Shown: positions 5,731 to 13,091 of the stretch, one piece after another
How the letters are laid out: each line of letters opens with the position of its first letter
How positions within the stretch are numbered: the first letter of the stretch is position 1
Origin: a virus
Strand: one strand, 5' to 3'
Length of the DNA stretch: 42,956 nucleotides
Virus record (IMG/VR): IMGVR_UViG_3300045988_080709
Notes under the pieces: model-generated
What the model was told of the DNA's origin: nothing
What the model saw: the letters and a program-made list of their open reading frames with translations, nothing else
Databases searched by the model: none
Position numbers and translations under genes: made by a program

Positions 5731-6462
5731 TTACTGCAATTTTATTATCTGCGTATCCTTATCGTCACTAAGGCTTATAAGTTCTGATGCCTGTAGGGTG
5801 ACATCTGAAGGTCCACTGATTTTGAAGGCTTCACAGACATTTACTGTTGTGCCTGGCTGTATTTCCTTCATATAGTTTTCCATTGAGTCGTTTGAATCCA
5901 ATGTAATTGCGCTATCACATTCGACGCCGCCCTGAAAAGCTTTGAAATAACAATCCGTCATTGCGCTAGAATTTTCAGACCCATTATTTGTGTAATCATA
6001 ATATACTAACAGGCATGGATTGCCTTCATAGTCTGTACTGGTTTCATAACTTGTCAGTTTAACAGCAAAGGTATCAGTAGAGAAATCTATCACCCCATCG
6101 TCTTCTGGTTCCGCTTTACTATCATCCGTTTTTTGATCGGATTTGCTATCGTCTTTCTTTTCTGTTTCTGTAGCAGAGGCACCGCCTTTGTTTAACTTTT
6201 TATTAGACTCCGCATCTAATGCTTCAGATACTCCAGCACCCATGATTAAAATAATCACTGCTATAGCCACTGCAATGGCAGATGTGACGACCCCGGCAAT
6301 AGCCATTCCGTGCCCTCCACGATGCGTCGCTAATGAGACGATTCCCAATGCAAGGCCGATTATTGCCGGGAATAAGCCAATTGATAGACAAGCAAGAACA
6401 AGTCCAATAATTCCCAATACCATAGATGCTATGGCAAGCCCTCTCTTATTGCTAGTTTCCAT
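5731..6462 (-). CDS. Membrane protein, DUF4190-like TM region plus DUF5067/DUF4352-like extracellular domain
   Basis: ATG 6462 follows AGGAGG; the track ORF start at 6606 lies inside the upstream gene. Gly/Ala-rich TM helices, a low-complexity K/D/S linker, then ...NPCLLVYYDYTNNGSENSSAMTDCYFKAFQGGVECD. Confidence 0.8.
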   Translation of the reverse strand: METSNKRGLAIASMVLGIIGLVLACLSIGLFPAIIGLALGIVSLATHRGGHGMAIAGVVTSAIAVAIAVIILIMGAGVSEALDAESNKKLNKGGASATETEKKDDSKSDQKTDDSKAEPEDDGVIDFSTDTFAVKLTSYETSTDYEGNPCLLVYYDYTNNGSENSSAMTDCYFKAFQGGVECDSAITLDSNDSMENYMKEIQPGTTVNVCEAFKISGPSDVTLQASELISLSDDKDTQIIKLQ

Positions 6463-6511
6463 ATCTTTTTCCTCCTGAATGTTATTTATTAAAACGCCGA
6501 AGCGAATTAAC

Positions 6512-6952
6512 CTATTTAAGGCGTAACTCAATAAGTTCCTCCGGATATCCTGTGCACCGACAAAATTGTTCACGGGTATATCCGGCATATTCTTGTAGCA
6601 TATCATCAGCTATCAAGAGATAAGCCGCAAACTCATTGGCCTGGCGCTCCACGCGTGATGTAAGTAGTAGCGTGTGATGAGCCATAAAGCAACAGTTTTC
6701 TTTACAATGTAATAAAGCGTGTCCCAGCTCATGAGCCATTACGACCCTTAGCAGCACCTCATTGTCTAAGATATCTTCATTAATAAAAATCCATCGGATA
6801 CGTTTCAGATATCGGTAATTCCCCAAAACATTCCCCATTGGAAGGACTGCAATATGTACGCCCAGCATTTTTGCTATTTTCCAAGGGTCATTTGTTCCGC
6901 ACAAGCGGATATAATAAGCGACAATTTTTTTTATATCATTGTTATTTGCCAA
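6512..6952 (-). CDS. ImmA/IrrE-family zinc metallopeptidase (anti-repressor protease)
   Basis: HELGHALLH (HExxH) motif, 146 aa, immediately downstream of the XRE repressor in the same operon. Confidence 0.9.
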   Translation of the reverse strand: MANNNDIKKIVAYYIRLCGTNDPWKIAKMLGVHIAVLPMGNVLGNYRYLKRIRWIFINEDILDNEVLLRVVMAHELGHALLHCKENCCFMAHHTLLLTSRVERQANEFAAYLLIADDMLQEYAGYTREQFCRCTGYPEELIELRLK

Positions 6953-6962
6953 CTAAAATCAC

Positions 6963-7385
6963 CTACTTTTTGTTCTTGTACGGGTTGTATTTAACTTTAT
7001 TCTCCTTCTTTGATTCTCTCAAAGCATACTCTATGGCATTTTCCAAAAGAATTAAAGACTTTTCGTCCATTTCAACGCCATTGTAAAACAGTGGCCCGTC
7101 TTCTCCATTTCGTATTTCCTTCATTATTCGGTCTAAATCCCTCCCTATTTCACGTTTGTCTTTTGCGGTTAATTCGGCTTTATCAAAGGAACTGTTCTTT
7201 CCTGTCATAAGATATTCAATTGATGCGTCCAAATAATCAGCAATTTTTTTTAATCTATCAGCAGGAAAAACCCCCTTTTTCAATTGGCTAATATAGCCAT
7301 TAGAAAAGCCTAAATCTTTTTCTAACTTTGAAATTGGTATTTTCCGTTCTTTACAAATGTTTTTAACTATTTCCACACTTGTCAT
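6963..7385 (-). CDS. XRE-family HTH repressor (ImmR/CI-like)
   Basis: ATG 7385 follows AGGAGG. HTH ISKLEKDLGFSNGYISQLKKG. 140 aa. Divergent from the Cro-like gene. Confidence 0.9.
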   Translation of the reverse strand: MTSVEIVKNICKERKIPISKLEKDLGFSNGYISQLKKGVFPADRLKKIADYLDASIEYLMTGKNSSFDKAELTAKDKREIGRDLDRIMKEIRNGEDGPLFYNGVEMDEKSLILLENAIEYALRESKKENKVKYNPYKNKK

Positions 7386-7426
7386 AGAGCACCTCCTAAA
7401 ATTTAGAGAAAAATCTAAAAATAAGC

Positions 7427-7455
7427 TTGACAAATTAGAGGTTACTCTATATAAT
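7427..7455 (+). promoter_or_regulatory. Perfect TTGACA-17-TATAAT early (Cro-side) promoter
   Basis: TTGACA at 7427-7432 and TATAAT at 7450-7455. The palindrome TAGAGgttaCTCTA fills the spacer. Confidence 0.7.
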
Positions 7456-7518
7456 GGGCTTAGGATTTAGAGTAAAGCCTAAATAAAGAAGTAACCTAAA
7501 TATGTTCTGGTAAAATAT

Positions 7519-7547
7519 ATTTTAGACTATTCTCTAAAAAAAGTCAA
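7519..7547 (-). promoter_or_regulatory. Repressor-side promoter TTGACT-17-TAAAAT, face-to-face with 7427-7455
   Basis: Minus strand reads TTGACTttttttagagaatagtcTAAAAT. The operator palindrome 7520-7539 overlaps its spacer and -10. Confidence 0.6.
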
Positions 7548-7589
7548 TAGATTTTACTCTAAATCCATATAAATAAACATGTACTGGAG

Positions 7590-7781
7590 GTGATTAAAAT
7601 CCTTGAGAAAGTAAAGAAACTAGCAGATGAAGAAGGAATCAGTATTGCGGCACTAGAAAAAGAATGCAACATTGGAAACGGCACTATTGGTCGTTGGGAA
7701 AGTTCTTTCCCGTCGTTAAGGAATTTAAAAAAAGTAGCTGAACATTTCGGCGTGCCAATTGAGTATTTCTTGGAAGAGTAG
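7590..7781 (+). CDS. Cro-like XRE HTH protein
   Basis: 63 aa with HTH ISIAALEKECNIGNGTIGRWE. The GTG start abuts GGAGG with no spacer, so the exact start is uncertain. Confidence 0.8.
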   Translation: MIKILEKVKKLADEEGISIAALEKECNIGNGTIGRWESSFPSLRNLKKVAEHFGVPIEYFLEE

Positions 7782-7829
7782 AAGGTCAGATGGACAGAAT
7801 GACAAAAAGAAATGAATGAGGTGAGGAGG

Positions 7830-7952
7830 ATGGAAGATTTGCCGTGGGATGACAACTTGAGCAAAGCACATAAGTGGAGCAAACAAGCAAAGGTTATATC
7901 TATATGTGCTTTGCTGATAAGTGTTACATCTTTGTTTATAAGACTATGGTAA
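7830..7952 (+). CDS. Possible 40-aa membrane-anchored peptide
   Basis: MEDLPWDDNLSKAHKWSKQAKVISICALLISVTSLFIRLW. GAGGTGAGGAGG lies upstream. It is below the ORF-track size cutoff. Confidence 0.3.
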   Translation: MEDLPWDDNLSKAHKWSKQAKVISICALLISVTSLFIRLW

Positions 7953-7970
7953 ATAGAGGAGGTGAGAGAA

Positions 7971-8183
7971 ATGGAAATCAGGAAACTAGAGATAGATTTT
8001 GATACTGGAGTTTTAAAAATTAACGACAGGGAGATAAATGAATATCCTATTCTTGCAACTCTTCCCGGCCCCGACGGATGGGGGCAGCGAAAATTGTTTA
8101 ATCCAGAACTTGCCACCGGGAACAAGGAAGAGTGTGATCGGTTAGATGTCACTTACAGGCCGTCTAAAAGTACGCTTTTATAA
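7971..8183 (+). CDS. Hypothetical protein
   Basis: ATG 7971 lies 8 nt after GAGGAGG; 70 aa; in frame with track ORF 7962-8183. Confidence 0.6.
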   Translation: MEIRKLEIDFDTGVLKINDREINEYPILATLPGPDGWGQRKLFNPELATGNKEECDRLDVTYRPSKSTLL

Positions 8184-8376
8184 AAGCTACTTTTCCATCA
8201 ACTATTTGGTAGTCAACCTGTTGAATCCAGCGACCACCAATAAAAGTGCCACAAATATCAGAAATATCCTTTTCTGCATTCGGCGGTATGGCAATCAAAA
8301 GATGTTTTCCAACATCATCTTGTGATTCAACAAAGTAAGTGTCATAGCCATTAACATTTATAGACGTAAGATTCAT
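8164..8376 (-). CDS. Counter-oriented 70-aa hypothetical protein with its own promoter
   Basis: RBS GAAAGGA. Its 3' end overlaps the convergent CDS 7971-8183 by 20 nt. Promoter at 8423-8451. Confidence 0.6.
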   Translation of the reverse strand: MNLTSINVNGYDTYFVESQDDVGKHLLIAIPPNAEKDISDICGTFIGGRWIQQVDYQIVDGKVAFIKAYF

Positions 8377-8422
8377 AACATCATCCTTTCTATGTACTCA
8401 GCCTGGCGGGGCCTGTAAGTAC

Positions 8423-8451
8423 ATTATAGACAGGAGGGAAAAATAAAACAA
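8423..8451 (-). promoter_or_regulatory. Promoter TTGTTT-17-TATAAT for CDS 8164-8376
   Basis: Minus strand reads TTGTTTtatttttccctcctgtcTATAAT, leaving a leader of about 40 nt. Confidence 0.45.
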
Positions 8452-8465
8452 GAGGAGGCATAAAC

Positions 8466-8726
8466 GTGCAACCAGTTTTTATTAAGATCAATGGAGACAT
8501 ATTTAATGTAAACAAAATTCAGTCTGTCAGCTATGAGGACCAGAAAAACTGCCTTGGCAACAACTCTGGTGTTTATATCTTACATATTTATATGGAAGAT
8601 AACATAGGTAGCCAGCACAAGGCTTATGCAACGAAAGAGAAGAGAGACAAAGACTTCTTAAAGGCATCAAAACAACTTTCAGAATACAGTATTTCAAAAT
8701 ATGTGAAAAAGGAGGAGACGCCATGA
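8466..8726 (+). CDS. Hypothetical protein
   Basis: GTG start 7 nt after GAGGAGG; 86 aa. Confidence 0.6.
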   Translation: MQPVFIKINGDIFNVNKIQSVSYEDQKNCLGNNSGVYILHIYMEDNIGSQHKAYATKEKRDKDFLKASKQLSEYSISKYVKKEETP

Positions 8727-8953
8727 ATTTTCCAAGAGAACTTATGAGGATAACAGAGATAGAGCGTGAGTGTAAGGTGTCCAGAAAACTGTTGCTCCAA
8801 GCCTATCTGACACCTGGGCAGAACTTTGCATTTAAAATGGATCCGCTCAAAAGTAACAGTCCTATAGTCTTCCAGACAGATGGGCTGAAAAAATGGATGG
8901 ATAAGAGGCCAGAGGTAGAGCAGAGGGCGAGGAGAAGAAGCTGTGTAATGTAG
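8723..8953 (+). CDS. Putative DNA-binding protein (excisionase/MerR-like HTH)
   Basis: AGGAGG RBS and an ATGA overlap with the upstream stop. ITEIERECKVSRKLL looks like an HTH. The function call is tentative. Confidence 0.6.
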   Translation: MNFPRELMRITEIERECKVSRKLLLQAYLTPGQNFAFKMDPLKSNSPIVFQTDGLKKWMDKRPEVEQRARRRSCVM

Positions 8954-8966
8954 GGGAGGTGACACA

Positions 8967-9155
8967 ATGCACTACACCACAATAAAAGATGCCGCAATCT
9001 GCACAGCGCTGGCGGCCTTGACAGGGTTTTGGCAGCCGCGGGATGCACCGCAGGCAGTTATGTGCTACATATTTATATTTATCCTACTGGTGGTTGGATT
9101 TGAGATTGCCAGAGATTACCAAAAAAGAAGAAAAAGAAAGGAGATGCAGAAATGA
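8967..9155 (+). CDS. Small membrane protein
   Basis: GGGGAGG RBS. TM segment [15 protein letters not shown] followed by a KRRKRK tail. Confidence 0.6.
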   Translation: MHYTTIKDAAICTALAALTGFWQPRDAPQAVMCYIFIFILLVVGFEIARDYQKRRKRKEMQK

Positions 9156-9712
9156 AACAAGAGGAATTGCAAGAAATATTAGACGCGCACGGGAAATGGA
9201 TAGATGGCGAATATGGCGGTGCAAGAGCCGACCTGAGAGGAGCCAACCTGAGAAGAGCCGACCTGAGAGATGCCAACCTGAGAGGAGCCAACCTGAGAAG
9301 AGCCGACCTGAGAGATGCCAACCTGAGCGGAGCCGACCTGAGCGGAGCTGACCTGAGAAGAGCCGACCTGTTCGGAGCCGACCTGTTCGGAGCCAACCTG
9401 AGAGATGCCAACCTGAGAGGAGCCGACCTGAGAAGAGCCAACCTGAGAAGAGCCGACCTGAGAAGAGCCGACCTGGACTTTTCCTGCTGGCCATTGTGGT
9501 GTGGAGGTCTTGCGGTCAAGGTGTGCAAGCGTATTGCCGTGCAATTGGCATACCACTTTTGCAAGCTGGATTGTGATGACCCAGAGTATATAGCGGCCCG
9601 CAATGCGATACTTGACTTCGCAAATCAGTTCCACCGCGTAGGCGAGTGCGGAAAATTAGAAAAAATAGACATTGCAAAAGCCCCTGGCGCCGGGAAGCAA
9701 TCAGGGACTTGA
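9152..9712 (+). CDS. Pentapeptide-repeat protein with a Cys-rich C-terminal domain
   Basis: About 17 consecutive A(D/N)L(R/S/F)(G/R/D) pentapeptides ([23 protein letters not shown]...), then [35 protein letters not shown]. Confidence 0.9.
   Translation: MKQEELQEILDAHGKWIDGEYGGARADLRGANLRRADLRDANLRGANLRRADLRDANLSGADLSGADLRRADLFGADLFGANLRDANLRGADLRRANLRRADLRRADLDFSCWPLWCGGLAVKVCKRIAVQLAYHFCKLDCDDPEYIAARNAILDFANQFHRVGECGKLEKIDIAKAPGAGKQSGT
9227..9476 (+). repeat. Tandem 15-nt coding repeats (GCCGACCTGAGARGA family)
   Basis: This is the DNA image of the pentapeptide repeats. It creates spurious long ORFs in other frames and on the minus strand. Confidence 0.9.
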
Positions 9713-9760
9713 AAATATTAACTCACCCTCATTATAGAGGGAAGACGGGAGGAAAGTCAA

Positions 9761-10252
9761 GTGAGAAACGAAGATCTTGTCTTAAACAACATGAAATTAG
9801 CCTATAGCACGGCCTGGAAAATGAGAGACACAGGGATTGAAATGGATGACTTGCAGTCTTTGGCATTACTGGGTCTTGTAAAAGCAGCGAAGGCCTTTGA
9901 CGAAGAGCGAGGGTACAAATTTCCAACTCTCGCGATTACGGTCATGAGGAATGAAATCCTGCAGGAGGTACGAAGACAGAGAAAACAGAGAAATCAGGTA
10001 TCACTCAATAGCCCAATCGTAGATGGCTTATTTACCTTGGGTGATGTGCTGGAAGATAAACGGAATGTATTTGCCGAGGCAGAGATACAAGCTTTGATTG
10101 AGGACCTGGAAGAAAATGAGAAGAAAGTTGTCCGGATGATCCTCTTTCAGAACATGAAGCAGACGGAGGCGGCGGAAGTCATAGGTGTGTCACAGTGTAT
10201 GATAAGTCGTTATTACCGTTCAGGGATCCAGAAGCTGAGACAGTGCATTTGA
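9761..10252 (+). CDS. Sigma-70-family sigma factor (regions 2 and 4 only)
   Basis: GTG start 8 nt after GGGAGG. Region 2-like LLGLVKAAKAFDEERGYKFPTLAITVMRNEILQEVRR. Region 4.2-like QTEAAEVIGVSQCMISRYYRSGIQKLR. Confidence 0.85.
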   Translation: MRNEDLVLNNMKLAYSTAWKMRDTGIEMDDLQSLALLGLVKAAKAFDEERGYKFPTLAITVMRNEILQEVRRQRKQRNQVSLNSPIVDGLFTLGDVLEDKRNVFAEAEIQALIEDLEENEKKVVRMILFQNMKQTEAAEVIGVSQCMISRYYRSGIQKLRQCI

Positions 10253-10269
10253 TAGGAGGAAAAGTCAAG

Positions 10270-10554
10270 ATGAATAATGAATTGTACGCAAAGGCTGGTA
10301 AGGTTACCAGAAGAATTGAGGACCTTAGAAAGGTTATCCATAACTGTGAAAGATCAATCGTGGCAATTGGACACGGTGCCGACTTTAGAATTTTAGACAA
10401 CCACCGTGATATAGATATCAGCGATTGTTGTCTGGATGACGGACAGGAAAAGCTGATGCAGGACATGTTTGTAACCATTTTGCAAAATCGGATGGAAGAG
10501 GCTGAGGCGGAGTTAGAAGCATTGTTGCCAAAGGAGGAAGAGGATAATGAGTAG
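10270..10554 (+). CDS. Hypothetical protein (94 aa)
   Basis: ATG 10270 follows TAGGAGGA; in frame with track ORF 10195-10554. Confidence 0.6.
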   Translation: MNNELYAKAGKVTRRIEDLRKVIHNCERSIVAIGHGADFRILDNHRDIDISDCCLDDGQEKLMQDMFVTILQNRMEEAEAELEALLPKEEEDNE

Positions 10555-11044
10555 ATTATATGAATTAACTGAGGAATGGGAATCTGTTGCTGAAATGTTA
10601 TATGACGGTGAGACAGATGAGCAGGTGATCTTAGACACCCTGGAATCCATAGATGGAGAGATTGAGGACAAGGCAGATAACTTCGCAAAGCTGATACGGA
10701 GCATGAAGGCAGATGCGGAAGCTTTGAAAGCAGAGGAGGACCGTATCCACTGCCGCAGGATGTCCCTGGAAAACAGGGCGCAGCGCCTAAAGGACACCCT
10801 GCAGGCAAATCTGGAGTTCATTGGTAAGACAAAATTTAAGACTGTGCTATTCAGCTTTAGCGTTTCTAAAAACGGCGGAAAGCAGCCGCTGGAGATTACG
10901 GACAACCTGGATGACATACCAGGCAGATTCCTGATCCCACAGCCTCCGGTAGTAGACAAGGACAAGGTAAGGGAACTCTTAAAGGAAAAAGAAGTGGAGT
11001 GGGCTTCCCTGAAACCATATGGGACCCACCTTAATATCAGGTAA
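10547..11044 (+). CDS. Siphovirus Gp157-like protein
   Basis: MSRLYELTEEWESVAEMLYDGE...IEDKADNFAKLIRSMKADAEALKAEEDRI... is the typical Gp157 N-terminal pattern. It sits at the head of the recombination module. Confidence 0.8.
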   Translation: MSRLYELTEEWESVAEMLYDGETDEQVILDTLESIDGEIEDKADNFAKLIRSMKADAEALKAEEDRIHCRRMSLENRAQRLKDTLQANLEFIGKTKFKTVLFSFSVSKNGGKQPLEITDNLDDIPGRFLIPQPPVVDKDKVRELLKEKEVEWASLKPYGTHLNIR

Positions 11045-11049
11045 CGCTT

Positions 11050-11232
11050 ATGGATGAGAAGATTGAGATGACACCATACCGGATGGGCCAGCTTATGGAT
11101 CTATCAGCAAAGCTTACCAAGACCATGGTCTCATCTGTGTGGCATCTGTCATTTGATGAAATGGAGTTTGTGCTGGACGGGATCCGGCATGGGATTGAAA
11201 AAGGTAAGGAGGAGAGAGATGTTCCTAAATAA
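11050..11232 (+). CDS. Hypothetical protein
   Basis: Track ORF of 60 aa with a weak RBS. Confidence 0.45.
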   Translation: MDEKIEMTPYRMGQLMDLSAKLTKTMVSSVWHLSFDEMEFVLDGIRHGIEKGKEERDVPK

Positions 11233-11809
11233 GACAATGTTCAAGAAATGGATAAAAGATGCTTTTAATCACGGCGGATTGACCGTAGGCTACATATATG
11301 ACGGCCTTGTGATGTCCGGAAGCACATGGGTCGTATGGGTGGATGAAGGCTCTATCCCTAATTGGGTGAAGGCCGCCGTAATGGAATACACGGGTGAACT
11401 CCCAAAAATCGGGTGCGTGTTTAAAGCTGAGAAGAATAGCCCTATACAATACGAGATTTCGGAAAATGCGTATCTCGATCTACCAGAACGTTTCATGGAA
11501 GCGAAGCTCCCATTCATTGTAACGCCAGTCGTATTTGATACGAACTGGAGCGCCTACAGGATCCTGCAGTCCAAAAAGACAGGCAGTCTGATCGCCTTAT
11601 CAGAGAGTTTATATAGGATCATAGATCTGAAAGAGCTGGAAGACGAGAGCGCACCTATGGGACCATCGGCCAGGAATGAGCAGGGGGATCTGCTGATCTG
11701 GAAGAATCAGAATTCTGCTCTGGCTGTTTGTTCCAGCAAGCTGGGAGATGATGGAAACCGTGTACTGGAAGCTCTTGAGAGTATAGATTTCCGGAAGGAG
11801 GATAAATAA
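11219..11809 (+). CDS. Hypothetical protein (196 aa)
   Basis: ATG 11219 follows GGAGGAGAG; in frame with track ORF 11153-11809. Confidence 0.65.
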   Translation: MFLNKTMFKKWIKDAFNHGGLTVGYIYDGLVMSGSTWVVWVDEGSIPNWVKAAVMEYTGELPKIGCVFKAEKNSPIQYEISENAYLDLPERFMEAKLPFIVTPVVFDTNWSAYRILQSKKTGSLIALSESLYRIIDLKELEDESAPMGPSARNEQGDLLIWKNQNSALAVCSSKLGDDGNRVLEALESIDFRKEDK

Positions 11810-12493
11810 ATGGGAATCCCAGTATTGATCATAGGAAAGTCCGGTACAGGAAAAAGCCGGAGCATGAAAGATTGTGTAGGTAAAGATTTTGGACTCATCA
11901 GGGTACTGAACAAACCACTTCCATTTCGGGGAAAATTACCAGGAAACGTATGCTGTGATTATGGAAAGATAAAGGCTGCAGCGAAGAGTAAACAGTGGCC
12001 AAAATCAATCATTATTGACGATGCAGGTTATCTGATCACTGGACAGTTTATGGACGGGCATAACACCACGGGCAAGGGGAACGCCGTCTTTTCCCTGTAT
12101 AACCAGCTTGCCGATGATTTTTACAGACTGGTGAAATGCATTGCAGATGAAGCTCCGGAGGACAGGATCGTTTATGTCATCATGCATGAGGACACCAACG
12201 ATTTCGGGGATATCAAGCCCAAAACCATCGGGAAGCTGCTGGATGAGAAAGTCTGCCTGGAAGGCATGTTTACGATCGTGCTCCGGGCGGTCAAAGGTGA
12301 ACGGTATGCGTTTGTAACCCAGTCCAGGGACGGGGCAGTAAGCAAGGCACCGGATGACATGTTTGCTGATATTGAGATTGACAATGACCTCCTGATGGTG
12401 GATAACACCATTCGGGAATACTACGGGATAGAAAACCCGAAGAATAAAGAAAGCGAGGAAAAGAAAGATGATAAAGAAACCACAGGGGTATGA
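11810..12493 (+). CDS. P-loop ATPase, AAA_24 / Sak4-like recombination protein
   Basis: Walker A IIGKSGTGKS, Walker B SIIIDDAG. Placed between the Gp157-like and DUF669 genes, as in Sak4 modules. Confidence 0.8.
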   Translation: MGIPVLIIGKSGTGKSRSMKDCVGKDFGLIRVLNKPLPFRGKLPGNVCCDYGKIKAAAKSKQWPKSIIIDDAGYLITGQFMDGHNTTGKGNAVFSLYNQLADDFYRLVKCIADEAPEDRIVYVIMHEDTNDFGDIKPKTIGKLLDEKVCLEGMFTIVLRAVKGERYAFVTQSRDGAVSKAPDDMFADIEIDNDLLMVDNTIREYYGIENPKNKESEEKKDDKETTGV

Positions 12494-13091
12494 TGAGGCA
12501 CAGGCTTATACGGGGGAATCCATGCAGCTCCCGGCAGGGCTATATATCTGTAAGATAAGACAGGTCAGTGAGACACAATCACAGAACGAAAGACCGCAGA
12601 TAGCGATCCTGTTTGATATTGCCGAAGGAGAGCATAAGGATTTTTACCAGTCCCAGTATGAACTGGCAAAGAGCATGAGCGGAGATAAAGCAAAATGGAA
12701 AGGCGTTTATAAGCAGATCATGGACGGCTCCAGCCTGCCGTTTTTCAAGGGGCTGATGACCAGCATCGAAAGGTCGAACCCTGGTTATCAGTTCCCTTGG
12801 GGCCAGGAGGGAAATGAAAAAACTCTCATCGGAAAGAAATTCGGTGCGGTGATGGGGCGTGAGCAGTTTGAAACAGATGACCATAGGATGGCATTCGCTA
12901 CAAAGATATTTCAGATCCGTAGTATTGACGGCCTGAAGGATGCAAAGATACCAGAAGATAAGCTGTTGGAAAACACAGCAAGCGCTGCAGTATCTGCTCC
13001 TGTTTCGGCCCCGTCTTCAGATCCGCAACTCGCAGGCAGGGGATTTATGGGCATCCCGGATGATATTGATGAAGAGCTTCCATTTATGTAA
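12468..13091 (+). CDS. DUF669 protein (phage SSB-like partner of Sak4)
   Basis: N-terminus ...LPAGLYICKIRQVSETQSQNERPQIAILFDIAEGEHKDFY and an acidic C-terminal tail DDIDEELPFM. Confidence 0.75.
   Translation: MIKKPQGYDEAQAYTGESMQLPAGLYICKIRQVSETQSQNERPQIAILFDIAEGEHKDFYQSQYELAKSMSGDKAKWKGVYKQIMDGSSLPFFKGLMTSIERSNPGYQFPWGQEGNEKTLIGKKFGAVMGREQFETDDHRMAFATKIFQIRSIDGLKDAKIPEDKLLENTASAAVSAPVSAPSSDPQLAGRGFMGIPDDIDEELPFM

Larger units (their letters stand above)
7401..7564. repeat. Operator family built on TTTAGAG / CTCTAAA half-sites
   Basis: TTTAGAGaaaaaTCTAAAA at 7402-7420, TAGAGgttaCTCTA at 7436-7449, ATTTAGAGTAAA at 7466-7477, TTTTAGActattcTCTAAAA at 7520-7539, TTTACTCTAAAT at 7553-7564. Confidence 0.65.

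Noticed and set aside
7559-8152. 197-aa minus-strand ORF across the cro region
   Set aside because: It is antisense to several RBS-preceded plus-strand genes, Ser/Leu/Ile-rich as expected from AT-rich antisense sequence, and lacks an RBS.
9227-9476. Regularly spaced short repeats that might be a CRISPR array
   Set aside because: The repeats are contiguous 15-mers with no spacers, they lie inside a CDS, and there are no cas genes or leader.
9043-9634. Four overlapping ORFs (102-174 aa) in other frames and on the minus strand across the pentapeptide gene
   Set aside because: All are periodic low-complexity translations (RPERS..., LLRSA..., SSQVG...) of the same 15-nt tandem repeat. Only the ADLRG frame has an RBS, a non-repeat N-terminus and a C-terminal domain.
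10179-10965. 209-aa and 150-aa minus-strand ORFs over the sigma and Gp157 region
   Set aside because: They are antisense to RBS-preceded plus-strand genes with recognisable domains, have biased composition and lack an RBS.
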